A stretch of 64,000 bases of DNA from a virus (IMGVR_UViG_3300033068_000287:21498-85497), one strand, 5' to 3'; shown: positions 19,358 through 27,864, counted from the stretch's first letter. The notes: a model not told the origin generated them from the letters alone. Made by a program: numbers and translations.

Positions 19358-19823
19358 TACACGAAGAATTAATGTAAACAGTACATATAACGCTGTAGGA
19401 TATACTGATCCAGGTCTTCCTGGCGGTTTCGTTCCGTGGCAGATGCCAGTTGCTATTCCATCGTTTACCGGCATCAATAAAGAGCCTGTAAAGCCTGCTA
19501 ACTTTAGAGTTATCAAAACAGGATCAACTTCACAGCCCGGCTATAATCAAAGAATCGAAGGTCTACTTCCTGGATTTACTGCTGAAGAAATTAGTATTGT
19601 TCTGTCTGCCAGTATGGTATTGACAATTACTGCGAAATCAAAGAACGGAAATAGTATTTTCCTCGGCGAACATACATATACGTTCAAGATGGAACGATTT
19701 GATGTTATTAAGAAAGTAACTTATATCAATGGTGTTCTAGCGGTTGAAATTAATTCTCCGCCTAATATCAGTAGCACAGAAACATATCCTATTGGTTACG
19801 AACATAAAGACTACTTATTTTAA
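19338..19823 (+). CDS. hypothetical protein
   Basis: Track ORF begins at 19320. ATG 19338 with an AAGG RBS reduces the overlap with regA. Confidence 0.4.
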   Translation: MQMATDNTRRINVNSTYNAVGYTDPGLPGGFVPWQMPVAIPSFTGINKEPVKPANFRVIKTGSTSQPGYNQRIEGLLPGFTAEEISIVLSASMVLTITAKSKNGNSIFLGEHTYTFKMERFDVIKKVTYINGVLAVEINSPPNISSTETYPIGYEHKDYLF

Positions 19824-19852
19824 GTAGTAAACATTAAACAGGGCAGGTCTTA

Positions 19853-20083
19853 TTGTTAATAATCCATAAAAATTATGAATTTTCTAATAAGGACGTTGGC
19901 AAAACTGTTTTGTTACAAAATACGTCTTCCGCAAATATTATCAGTGTTATTAGAGAAAATGGTGGCATTTGTGTTATCTGCGGAAGATCAACAGTAAATA
20001 AAGACGATGTATTCATTTGGAATCATGATGGGAAATCCGATATTCCTGGTTATGATATTGTAGCAATGTTTGGTGAAAAATAA
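19853..20083 (+). CDS. hypothetical protein
   Basis: 76 aa ORF. Confidence 0.3.
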   Translation: MLIIHKNYEFSNKDVGKTVLLQNTSSANIISVIRENGGICVICGRSTVNKDDVFIWNHDGKSDIPGYDIVAMFGEK

Positions 20084-20334
20084 TGAAAGACGCTGAAGTA
20101 GCAACTAAGGAATTTACGACATTAGAAGTCCTTGAAATGGCTACAATCATTAATATGTTTTCTGCTATGATTGATGAATCATTGAAACTTAATAATGAAT
20201 TGCTTGTTCTGCACAATTCTACTATTAAGCCTATGAGTAAAAATCATGTAGAATCCATCAATAAATGGATTGATGATTATGGTGTACTGAAAACTAAACT
20301 AGAAATATTAAATTCTGGTGTTACCAAACACTAA
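20083..20334 (+). CDS. hypothetical protein
   Basis: 83 aa ORF. Confidence 0.4.
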   Translation: MKDAEVATKEFTTLEVLEMATIINMFSAMIDESLKLNNELLVLHNSTIKPMSKNHVESINKWIDDYGVLKTKLEILNSGVTKH

Positions 20335-20352
20335 AAAATACTAAATAGATGT

Positions 20353-20988
20353 ATGATGATTACAGCTATTATATTTCTAACTTTAGGTTTCAGTCTACTA
20401 TTTGCCAAACTATCAAGAATGGCTGGCGGTGGTGCTCCTAAATTACCTCTTGGTCTAGATCAATGGATTTACGCTATTCCTTACGGTGTAGCTGCTGGAT
20501 TCGTAGGTACATATATAGAAATATTTGTTTCTTTTGCTTTAGCATTTCTAGGAAAACGTCTAGGTCACGGTCAATATTTTGATCTTGGTATGTGGACAAG
20601 AACTACCACAGCAGAAAAAATTGATTTTATCGTTAGAATTTTTTACGGTAAAGACATTAATACAATTCAAGACAATGTTGCCGGAAATCCTAAAAGAGAT
20701 TTATTTGGATTATCATTAACAGGACTAGTTGTTGGTCTAGGACTAGGCATTACACTAATCATCAATGGAGCAATTCTGTTTGGTATTTTGGTATTGTTAG
20801 CAGCAACAGCTAAAGGTTACGCTTATTATATTTGTAAGCATCATGAAATAACAGTGAGAAAAGTTTTAAGTGCCATTGGAATTAAATTTGACGAAGAACA
20901 CGGACACACAGAACCGGCAGAATGGGTTACTGGGTTCATTGGTGGACTTCCTGTATTCGCGTTTATTTTCATTTCTATCCTATTGTAA
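20353..20988 (+). CDS. multi-pass membrane protein
   Basis: 211 aa with four or more hydrophobic helices. Confidence 0.5.
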   Translation: MMITAIIFLTLGFSLLFAKLSRMAGGGAPKLPLGLDQWIYAIPYGVAAGFVGTYIEIFVSFALAFLGKRLGHGQYFDLGMWTRTTTAEKIDFIVRIFYGKDINTIQDNVAGNPKRDLFGLSLTGLVVGLGLGITLIINGAILFGILVLLAATAKGYAYYICKHHEITVRKVLSAIGIKFDEEHGHTEPAEWVTGFIGGLPVFAFIFISILL

Positions 20989-20992
20989 AGAA

Positions 20993-21796
20993 ATGTTATC
21001 AGAAATCTTCAACAAGAGCAGTCAAAATCCTGCAATTGAAGTTGAAGAAAAATATCTGGTAAAGCGTCAAGCCGACCTCGACAATATTATAAAATATTGT
21101 ATCGGCACATTCACATTAGATCAAAACTATTATAAAGATAGAAACAATCAAAATTACTATTTAAAATCTAAGATTGTTGGTACTCTATTGAGTAATCCGA
21201 TAAGCTGGTATTATGATGTTCCCGGCCTTCTATTAAAAGATCATGCGGCACAGATTCGTATTCGCTCTAGTTCAACTAACGGCAAATCTTTTCACGAAAT
21301 TGCAATCAAAGGATTCGACCAAGAAATTGACGGCATTACAGTACGACATGAGGAAGAATTTGAAATTGATACACCTGAATTAGATTTTTCTGTATTTGAA
21401 ACGTATAAGTCTAAACAATTTATTGGTGGTCTAAGCGTTGTAGGAATCACAGAAAAGAATCTAGTAAAGATTTTTGCTACTGATGTTGATCGTCTAATGT
21501 TTCTTATTCATCATAGAGATATTCCTATCGAAATTGCTTTTGATAAAATCAAATACATTGATCCTAATGGTAAGAAACTAGCTGAACAATTCGAAATCGA
21601 ATTAGAGTATAAAGGCGATGGAAGTCATAGCGCGTATCAGATTCGTACAGCGTTTACAGAAATCAAAACTGAAATGGACAAATCAAAAGTCAAATTGATT
21701 CCATCTAAAAAGTCAAAAGGCGCAAGAGGATATGATTTTCTTCCTAAGGGAGATATTAAAGACTTGACTTTTTACGAAAGATACGATATTATATAA
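20993..21796 (+). CDS. CYTH-domain (triphosphate tunnel metalloenzyme) protein
   Basis: The internal start MLSEIF follows the stop of the upstream gene. The N-terminal EVEEKYLV motif is typical of CYTH/CyaB-ThTPase. Confidence 0.5.
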   Translation: MLSEIFNKSSQNPAIEVEEKYLVKRQADLDNIIKYCIGTFTLDQNYYKDRNNQNYYLKSKIVGTLLSNPISWYYDVPGLLLKDHAAQIRIRSSSTNGKSFHEIAIKGFDQEIDGITVRHEEEFEIDTPELDFSVFETYKSKQFIGGLSVVGITEKNLVKIFATDVDRLMFLIHHRDIPIEIAFDKIKYIDPNGKKLAEQFEIELEYKGDGSHSAYQIRTAFTEIKTEMDKSKVKLIPSKKSKGARGYDFLPKGDIKDLTFYERYDII

Positions 21797-21798
21797 TA

Positions 21799-22377
21799 AT
21801 GACTAAATCTCACAAAACCACACAAGACTATGACGGAAGTTATGGTGTCTTATTCCTAGATATTGATGGAGTGATTTGTACAAATCGCGCCTATGTCGCG
21901 TCTGGACAAGATAAACATAAATCCATTTTAAGATCATGGGATTTAACGTCATTACAATTAGTTGATAGAATTGCATTAGATTATAATTTATCAGTTGTCA
22001 TTAGTTCAACATGGAGACAACAATATGATGTTCCCTTGATCTTATTGACGCATGGATTCAAAGCAACTTTCCATCAAGATGACGAAACTCCTAGAACGTC
22101 ACATTCCCGTGGAGATCAAATCTGGGATTGGTTGAATAGAAATAAAGACGTTAGAAATTTTATTATTTTTGATGATGATACGAACGGAATCGAAGAATCA
22201 AATTTACATCCGTTCCAAACAGTGACAAGCGATTATGATGGAGTTTTGTACTCGCATTATAAGAAAGCACAAAGAATTTTAGACGCACAACTTACTGGCA
22301 AATTGGTATATAACCATGATGACAGATGGTTGGACGATTCAGATATCCGTGAAGAATATTTAAATAAGGTTTTATAA
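21799..22377 (+). CDS. HAD-superfamily phosphatase (Pnk 3'-phosphatase-like)
   Basis: HAD motif I LFLDIDGVICTN, comparable to the T4 Pnk phosphatase domain IFDVDGTLA. Confidence 0.55.
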   Translation: MTKSHKTTQDYDGSYGVLFLDIDGVICTNRAYVASGQDKHKSILRSWDLTSLQLVDRIALDYNLSVVISSTWRQQYDVPLILLTHGFKATFHQDDETPRTSHSRGDQIWDWLNRNKDVRNFIIFDDDTNGIEESNLHPFQTVTSDYDGVLYSHYKKAQRILDAQLTGKLVYNHDDRWLDDSDIREEYLNKVL

Positions 22378-22389
22378 AAGAGGAACCAG

Positions 22390-22716
22390 ATGACTATTCA
22401 GATTAAAGATGTAGAACAATTAGATGAACTAATTTCTATTATTAAATCTAATTCTTATCCAGATGAAGTTTCTAAAGAAACAATGTTGGAATATTTGGAA
22501 TCATTGTTAAAACTTTTAGAAAAACATAAGGGTTATGAACACTTTGGACTTCCTCCACGGCTAGTTGATGAATTTGGAGCGAAGGCAATCGGCTATATTA
22601 GACGGTATTGTGATTCTAATGGAGCAGAACTAACTGATGCTGGAGTTGATATTTGTGTTGGTGGTTATGAAAAATGGTTAAAAACTAACGATTTTAAGAT
22701 CATTGACCTAAAATAG
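22390..22716 (+). CDS. hypothetical protein
   Basis: 108 aa ORF. Confidence 0.4.
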   Translation: MTIQIKDVEQLDELISIIKSNSYPDEVSKETMLEYLESLLKLLEKHKGYEHFGLPPRLVDEFGAKAIGYIRRYCDSNGAELTDAGVDICVGGYEKWLKTNDFKIIDLK

Positions 22717-22784
22717 TGCTTGTTTAATGCTTTTCTTTGTGCTAGACTATACTTAACAGTTAAGCACTTTAAGGAGTATCGGTT

Positions 22785-23009
22785 ATGACTAAATTTGTAG
22801 ATTCTAGAGAATATGAAAAGTCAGTAATTTCTTTAGGCGAAGCCATGACAGATACTTTACAGTTGTACGCTGGAGACCACGATTCTGTAAGTCAGATTAA
22901 ATCTGTAAAAGATTTGACACACGTTACAGGATTCTTAATCATTACAAAACACGGTAAAAAATATCATGTTCAAATTAATGAAGTTGGTGTTAGCGACAGC
23001 GTTGCTTAG
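22785..23009 (+). CDS. hypothetical protein
   Basis: 74 aa ORF. Confidence 0.35.
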   Translation: MTKFVDSREYEKSVISLGEAMTDTLQLYAGDHDSVSQIKSVKDLTHVTGFLIITKHGKKYHVQINEVGVSDSVA

Positions 23010-23526
23010 TGCTTGTTCTGCACATATTCAGCCAGAAACAGTAGATTATTCTTTTTCTCATGCGGTTCCAAGGACAGCACAGGAAAAATCACAAATGATT
23101 AAATGGACTTCAGTTGCTAATCAATTGAAGACTGAAAAAATCGTATTTTCTGGTGATAAGTCATTATCTGATCTAGAAACAGTTTCTATCGTTAACACAC
23201 AAATGAATGCTATTAGATATGTAAGTGATAAGACTGATACATGGTCTGCTCCTTCGCATTTTATTGTTAATGGTGGTGATTGTGAAGATTATGCAATTGC
23301 CAAGTATGCAATGCTTAAAGCGTATGGTATTCCAGCAAAGAATATGCGAATTGCTGTTGGTTATGACCAAACCCATAATAATGAAGTACATGCGGTTTTG
23401 TTAGTGACAATTGCTAAAAATACCTATATACTCGACAATAATAAAGAACAAATTGTTAACGTGAAAAATAACAATTATTTTAACCCTGAATATACCATTA
23501 ATGAATATGGATTTTGGACACATTAA
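22966..23526 (+). CDS. secreted lipoprotein, transglutaminase-like cysteine proteinase (BTLCP/LapG-like, peptidase C93-type)
   Basis: Lipobox LLSAC at the N-terminus. Core motif NGGDCEDYAIAKY plus downstream His/Asp (VHAVLLV, LDNN), consistent with the BTLCP Cys-His-Asp triad. Confidence 0.5.
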   Translation: MFKLMKLVLATALLSACSAHIQPETVDYSFSHAVPRTAQEKSQMIKWTSVANQLKTEKIVFSGDKSLSDLETVSIVNTQMNAIRYVSDKTDTWSAPSHFIVNGGDCEDYAIAKYAMLKAYGIPAKNMRIAVGYDQTHNNEVHAVLLVTIAKNTYILDNNKEQIVNVKNNNYFNPEYTINEYGFWTH

Positions 23527-23529
23527 ATT

Positions 23530-24726
23530 ATGAAATATAAATTTCCAGAAATTAAAAACATTAAAGATGTTATGCCGTATGTAGACTTGAATTATTTCAT
23601 GCTGGCGGATCGTGGAGATCACACAACAGTTAACTATCTGTTTTCGTCTCCTGATACATTTCCAGATATCACAGATGAAGCATCTATTATGCGCCGCGAA
23701 TTCCGTGGATTGATTTTTGATGCTGTTACAGGTGATTTGGTTCGCCGTCCATATCATAAGTTTTTCAATGTCGGGGAACGTGTTGATACTAAACTTGATG
23801 TTATTGACGTATCTAAACCTCACGCTATTCTTGATAAACTTGATGGATCAATGATTGTTCCATATAAAGTTAATGGTCGTCTTATTTGGGGAACCAAGAT
23901 GGGCGAAACAGACGTTAGCAAACAAGTTCTTCCGTTCTTGGAAGAAAATCCTGACTATGTTCGATTTGCAGAACAAGCAATTGTGGAAGGGTATTCGCCT
24001 ATCTTTGAATGGTGTTCCCGCAAACAGCGTATTGTTCTTGATTATAAAAAAGATAAGCTAGTCTTAACTGCAATTCGTAATATGCATACGGGGAATTATT
24101 TGATTCCTAGCGATATTGCATCTTATGTTGTTGGCTATGATATTGAAGTGGTTAAATCTATTTCAGGAGAAAAACTGTCTGAAAAATTCATTGACCAAGT
24201 TCGACAAATTTCGGACGTTGAAGGATTCGTTATTCGTTTTGATGACGGCCATATGGTAAAAATTAAATGCGATTGGTACTGCCAATTGCACCGTGTTAAA
24301 TCTGATATTCAGTACGAACGCGGAGTAGTTCAGCTTATTCTTGACGAAAAGATTGATGATCTTAAATCAATGATGACTGATGACGATTTGAATAAAATTA
24401 ATACCTATGAAAAAGCATTTCTTGCAACATTCGGTGATAATTGCTATATTGTAAAGCAAGTTATATCACAAGTCCGCAAGAGTTGGTGTGATAGAAAATG
24501 GTTTGCATTAAACATTGCTCCATATCAGCCATCATGGGTAACAGCTATCACATTTAAATTGTGGGATGCTCTTGATGATGACTTGGATAACCTTGTGCAA
24601 GAACAGTTAAAATCATTCTATATTAAAGGTTGCGGCAGAAATTCGCGCTTTAATGAATTGCGTTCTGATCGTATGCTGTTTACTAATGTACCAGAATGGA
24701 ACGGAGTATATCTAGATGGCGACTGA
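23530..24726 (+). CDS. rnlA: RNA ligase 1 (RnlA)
   Basis: 398 aa. KLDGSMIV (KxDG nucleotidyl-lysine) and KIKCDWYCQLH vs T4 Rnl1 KEDGSLVS and KIKSDWYVSLH. Confidence 0.75.
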   Translation: MKYKFPEIKNIKDVMPYVDLNYFMLADRGDHTTVNYLFSSPDTFPDITDEASIMRREFRGLIFDAVTGDLVRRPYHKFFNVGERVDTKLDVIDVSKPHAILDKLDGSMIVPYKVNGRLIWGTKMGETDVSKQVLPFLEENPDYVRFAEQAIVEGYSPIFEWCSRKQRIVLDYKKDKLVLTAIRNMHTGNYLIPSDIASYVVGYDIEVVKSISGEKLSEKFIDQVRQISDVEGFVIRFDDGHMVKIKCDWYCQLHRVKSDIQYERGVVQLILDEKIDDLKSMMTDDDLNKINTYEKAFLATFGDNCYIVKQVISQVRKSWCDRKWFALNIAPYQPSWVTAITFKLWDALDDDLDNLVQEQLKSFYIKGCGRNSRFNELRSDRMLFTNVPEWNGVYLDGD

Positions 24727-25048
24727 AAATTTTGACGATTTTATTGGTCTGGATGTAGATTTGGATAAAGCACCAAAGCTGGATATTCCATATACTCCTA
24801 CAGTAATTTCAGGAATTTCTAAAAGCGATATTGCTTTACTCAAAGAAGCTGCAATTTTCCATATGGAATCGGTTATTGAAGATGAAACATATTTTTTAAA
24901 TCGTGTTGCTGCATTTGTATTGAATGACCTGGTTGCAAGTCTGGATGGTAGGATGGCTTTAACAGAAGAACAAATATCACATATCGATATTAAACACAAA
25001 ACAACTAAAAATCTGTATAAATCTATTTCAAAATCAAGGAAGAAATAA
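24716..25048 (+). CDS. hypothetical protein
   Basis: 110 aa ORF. Confidence 0.4.
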   Translation: MATENFDDFIGLDVDLDKAPKLDIPYTPTVISGISKSDIALLKEAAIFHMESVIEDETYFLNRVAAFVLNDLVASLDGRMALTEEQISHIDIKHKTTKNLYKSISKSRKK

Positions 25049-25049
25049 A

Positions 25050-25250
25050 ATGATTAAATTTGTTCTACTTATGGGTATTTTGGTTAATCCGCAATATATT
25101 TCGGCAATGCGCGATGATAAAACATTTGGTAAAGAAACATGTCGGGTATATGTTGCTCAATCGACAACAAACTATTCTGGTGTTGATATTATCCATATGC
25201 CAGAACCATGCCGTAAAGTTATCAGCAAAATTAATGGACAATTGCAATGA
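25050..25250 (+). CDS. hypothetical protein
   Basis: 66 aa ORF. The overlapping alternatives at 25060 and 25065 (minus) are rejected. Confidence 0.3.
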   Translation: MIKFVLLMGILVNPQYISAMRDDKTFGKETCRVYVAQSTTNYSGVDIIHMPEPCRKVISKINGQLQ

Positions 25251-25753
25251 TGTACGATGCTAAACCTAATAGACCGCCTATCTTTATTATGATGGTTGGT
25301 TTGCCAGGCTCTGGTAAATCCACAATTGTAAAAGAATTGCAAGAAACAAATGATTTTGTTGTAATTTCTACAGATAATTTTATTGAACTTGTCGCGCAGC
25401 GTGAGGGTAAAACCTATAACGAAGTGTTTAAAGACAATATCAAAATGGCAGAAGATGTAATGAAGACAACACTTGATTTTGCGTTGTCTGCTAGAAAAAA
25501 TATTATTTGGGATCAAACCAATTTGTCTGTCAAAACAAGAGCAAATAAATTGGCAAAAGTTCCAAAAGAATACTATAAAAAAGCTATCATTACACAAGCT
25601 ACTGATGATGTTCTTTTGCAAGTCAATTCAGAACGTGCAAAGTATGGACGGTCTATTCCTGATTCTATCTTTGCAAATATGCTGAAAACATATGAAAGTC
25701 CAACAACTGCTGAAGGATTTACTTGTATTCAGTGGCATCGGCGCGGGCAGTAA
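25247..25753 (+). CDS. polynucleotide kinase-like P-loop kinase (Pnk kinase domain only)
   Basis: 168 aa. IMMVGLPGSGKST and IIWDQTNLS vs the T4 Pnk kinase domain LTIGCPGSGKST and IISDTNLN. Confidence 0.6.
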   Translation: MMYDAKPNRPPIFIMMVGLPGSGKSTIVKELQETNDFVVISTDNFIELVAQREGKTYNEVFKDNIKMAEDVMKTTLDFALSARKNIIWDQTNLSVKTRANKLAKVPKEYYKKAIITQATDDVLLQVNSERAKYGRSIPDSIFANMLKTYESPTTAEGFTCIQWHRRGQ

Positions 25754-25754
25754 A

Positions 25755-26246
25755 ATGGCATATGTTTGTTGCTGTAATGGAATACCAGAAAGTAAAATTA
25801 AAGACTTGACTATTCAAGAATATGCTGATATAGTGAAGTGTGGTAAATGCGTAGAACAATTTTTGGAGATTAATAAAGTGCAAATTAAATTGTTTATTGA
25901 TGATATCAGAATGCCGTCCGATGTTGGATTTAAAGATTCTGATTTTATCGTGGCGCGTAACTGGTTTTCAGCAAGACAAATGATTGATAAATTTAAACCT
26001 CAATTTATCAGCTTTGACCATGATCTTGGTGACGATTCCATTATTCATGATATGGATAGAGGTGCTGTACACCGAACAGGTATGGACATTGCTAAATGGT
26101 TAGTAGAACAAGATTCACGCAAACCAGATAAGATGTTTATTACTGAAAGTTTTGACTTTAATGTCCATTCTGCAAATCCTGTTGGAGCAGAAAATATTAA
26201 AAATTTTCTAGATAATTATCTAGATCACAAGAAAAATACTAAATAG
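25755..26246 (+). CDS. hypothetical protein (FIDDIR...ISFDHDLGDD motifs)
   Basis: The internal ATG directly follows the Pnk stop. The track ORF starts earlier, at 25692. Confidence 0.4.
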   Translation: MAYVCCCNGIPESKIKDLTIQEYADIVKCGKCVEQFLEINKVQIKLFIDDIRMPSDVGFKDSDFIVARNWFSARQMIDKFKPQFISFDHDLGDDSIIHDMDRGAVHRTGMDIAKWLVEQDSRKPDKMFITESFDFNVHSANPVGAENIKNFLDNYLDHKKNTK

Positions 26247-26268
26247 AAATACTAAATAAAAGATATTC

Positions 26269-26341
26269 GGGTGGAAGTTTTGGTAAACGCTAAGGTCTCA
26301 TACGCCTCATGATGATAGTTCGATTCTATCTCCACCCACCA
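26269..26341 (+). tRNA. tRNA, anticodon probably CAU (Met or Ile2)
   Basis: Perfect acceptor GGGTGGA/TCCACCC, T-arm GATAG-TTCGATT-CTATC, A73-CCA, loop CTCATAC. The D/anticodon stems are imperfect by eye. Confidence 0.5.
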
Positions 26342-26394
26342 AAATTGATGATTGACATTCCATAGTGAATGTGATAGTATTATAAAAGAATAAC

Positions 26395-26473
26395 GCGCTT
26401 GTGGGCAAATTGGTGAAAGTCGCTAGTCTTAGAAACTAGAGTTTTGTAGGTTCAAGTCCTACCAGGCGCACCA
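26395..26473 (+). tRNA. tRNA with anticodon UAG (Leu codon CUA) but a short variable region
   Basis: Acceptor GCGCTTG/CAGGCGC, anticodon arm CTAGT-CTTAGAA-ACTAG, T-arm GTAGG-TTCAAGT-CCTAC, A73-CCA. 79 nt. Confidence 0.5.
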
Positions 26474-26491
26474 TTTTTTATTGGAATTATT

Positions 26492-26665
26492 ATGACTTTG
26501 TTTATTATTGCTATATATTGTTGGTTTCCATTGGCTGTGCTGATTTATAGCATATTTCAAAACAGTTGGTTCACAGTTGGAAACGAAAAAGGATATGATG
26601 GGTTGCAATTTGGGCGTTTCGTACTATATTACGATTCTAGTCATCCAAGAAAAGATTTGATGCAA
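26492..26665 (+). CDS. small hydrophobic membrane peptide (57 aa) between tRNAs
   Basis: MTLFIIAIYCWFPLAVLIYSIFQNSWF... Its stop abuts the next tRNA. Confidence 0.3.
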
Positions 26666-26672
26666 AGATAAA

Positions 26673-26750
26673 CGGCATGTGGAGGGAATTGGTATACCCG
26701 TTTCACTCAAAATGAAATGTTTGTCGGTTCGAGTCCGACCTTGCCGACCA
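26673..26750 (+). tRNA. tRNA with anticodon CAA (Leu codon UUG), short variable region
   Basis: Acceptor CGGCATG/CTTGCCG (one mismatch), anticodon arm TTTCA-CTCAAAA-TGAAA, T-arm GTCGG-TTCGAGT-CCGAC, A73-CCA. 78 nt. Confidence 0.5.
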
Positions 26751-26907
26751 TTGATTATTATGTAGTAACTTTGATATGGAGAATATAAGATGCTTAATAC
26801 ATGACGATTTTATTTTGAGTTTTAGATTTTAGAGATTATATAAGTTTATAGTATTATGAGTGTCAGACTTAGCTTATTGGAGGGTTAACAGAGTTAACGA
26901 AAAGCGT

Positions 26908-27008
26908 ACCAGAAAATAGATGCGGAGGGGAAGAAGTTTTCCTTTTACGTTGTTTTTCAGTAGCAAGATGGCTATGGTAAGAATGGGGTTCGATTCCCCA
27001 GTCTGGTT
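26908..27008 (+). other. tRNA-like element with a canonical T-arm (TGGGG-TTCGATT-CCCCA) but no clean cloverleaf and no CCA; possible degenerate or atypical tRNA
   Basis: Candidate acceptor ACCAGAA/GTCTGGT spans 101 nt. Internal hairpin GTTAAC-aga-GTTAAC. Confidence 0.25.
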
Positions 27009-27031
27009 CATTTAGAAGTTTTTAATAATGT

Positions 27032-27114
27032 ACACTGGTAACCGAAGGGCGCTACGAACGTCCTACCCGTAATTGGAGTTGTAAATAGGGGTTCGAATCC
27101 TCTCCAGTGTGCCA
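27032..27114 (+). tRNA. tRNA-Arg-like, anticodon ACG, atypical 83-nt architecture; paralog of 30543-30625
   Basis: Perfect acceptor ACACTGG/CCAGTGT, G73-CCA, T-arm AGGGG-TTCGAAT-CCTCT. Internal hairpin GGGCG-CTACGAA-CGTCC looks like the E. coli Arg(ACG) anticodon arm. It shares TAACCGAA and CCGTAATTGGAGTTGYAAAT blocks with 30543-30625. Confidence 0.45.
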
Positions 27115-27120
27115 GAATAA

Positions 27121-27194
27121 CCCGGTATCGTATATGGGTATTATGCTCCCCTGTCCAGGGAGATAACGGGATTCGAGTTCCCGTACCGGGGCCA
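27121..27194 (+). tRNA. tRNA-Asp (anticodon GUC)
   Basis: Acceptor CCCGGTA/TACCGGG, anticodon arm CTCCC-CTGTCCA-GGGAG, T-arm CGGGA-TTCGAGT-TCCCG, G73-CCA. 74 nt. Confidence 0.7.
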
Positions 27195-27310
27195 ATATTA
27201 GACGTCCGAGGACTAGTGCAAGTTGTTAGTCAATTTGTCCCCCTCTGCCATGACTACATGACATGTTTTATGCTTCCTAGGTAAAGGCATAATATAGGGC
27301 ATTATATTTT

Positions 27311-27384
27311 TCCTCCTAAGGCACAAGGTGTGCCAATGCGCTGTTAACGCTAGGAGTGTGGTTCGATTCCACAAGGGGGAGCCA
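27311..27384 (+). tRNA. tRNA-Asn (anticodon GUU)
   Basis: Acceptor TCCTCCT/AGGGGGA (one G-U), D-arm GGCA-CAAGGTG-TGCC, loop CTGTTAA as in E. coli Asn, T-arm TGTGG-TTCGATT-CCACA, G73-CCA. The anticodon stem has only 3 bp. Confidence 0.6.
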
Positions 27385-27556
27385 ATTTATCTGATCTATA
27401 TTTGTTTATTAGGCTCTGCCGCGAAACATCATATTATACTTGTTGGCAAATATAGATAGAAATAGAGGATTGCGATTTGTTCGCAACTGCTGGCATATAT
27501 ACCAGCGCAATGGCTGAATACCTTGCCCTGCGGTGAAACTCCGCCATTTTCTTTTT

Positions 27557-27631
27557 ATGGGTCTGGTATAATGGTGGTGCCTTGGTCTCCAAAACCAATG
27601 AGGTTGGGTTCGATTCCCACGGCCCATGCCA
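27557..27631 (+). tRNA. tRNA-Trp (anticodon CCA)
   Basis: Acceptor ATGGGTC/GGCCCAT, anticodon arm TTGGT-CTCCAAA-ACCAA (identical to the E. coli Trp loop), T-arm TTGGG-TTCGATT-CCCAC, G73-CCA. 75 nt. Confidence 0.7.
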
Positions 27632-27650
27632 ATATTTGAAGTGAGGAACT

Positions 27651-27839
27651 ATGGATAAACTAAAACCAGAAATGCTCTTAGGAAAAGATGTTACTTTAGT
27701 AGTTGACAAACTGAAAGAATTAAAGTTAGAATATAGAACAGTTCGAAAAGACGGACTAATTACAGCAGATTTTCGTCCAGATAGACTAACAATTGAATAT
27801 GATGAAAACCTTATCGTTACTGACTGTGCCTACGGATAA
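27651..27839 (+). CDS. hypothetical protein
   Basis: 62 aa ORF with a GAGG RBS. Confidence 0.4.
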   Translation: MDKLKPEMLLGKDVTLVVDKLKELKLEYRTVRKDGLITADFRPDRLTIEYDENLIVTDCAYG

Positions 27840-27864
27840 CATTAACAAAATTGGAATCTATATC

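Noticed and set aside
24712-24999. 95-aa minus-strand ORF
   Set aside because: Antisense to ORF 24716-25048 in a block that is otherwise uniformly plus-strand, with no RBS.
26908-27008. Interpreting the TTCGATT-containing element as an intron-containing tRNA
   Set aside because: No convincing D or anticodon arms could be drawn by eye for any acceptor pairing. It is kept only as a low-confidence tRNA-like remnant.
27237-27384. Alternative 5' end TCCCCCT at 27237 for tRNA-Asn, which would imply a 146-nt intron-containing tRNA
   Set aside because: A closer 5' partner TCCTCCT at 27311 gives a normal 74-nt cloverleaf with a canonical Asn anticodon loop. No group I intron features are visible.
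27409-27709. Two minus-strand ORFs (72 and 91 aa)
   Set aside because: They overlap tRNA-Trp and the structured spacer, and run antisense to the whole local gene set. The Trp/Arg/His-rich translations are typical of antisense tRNA sequence.
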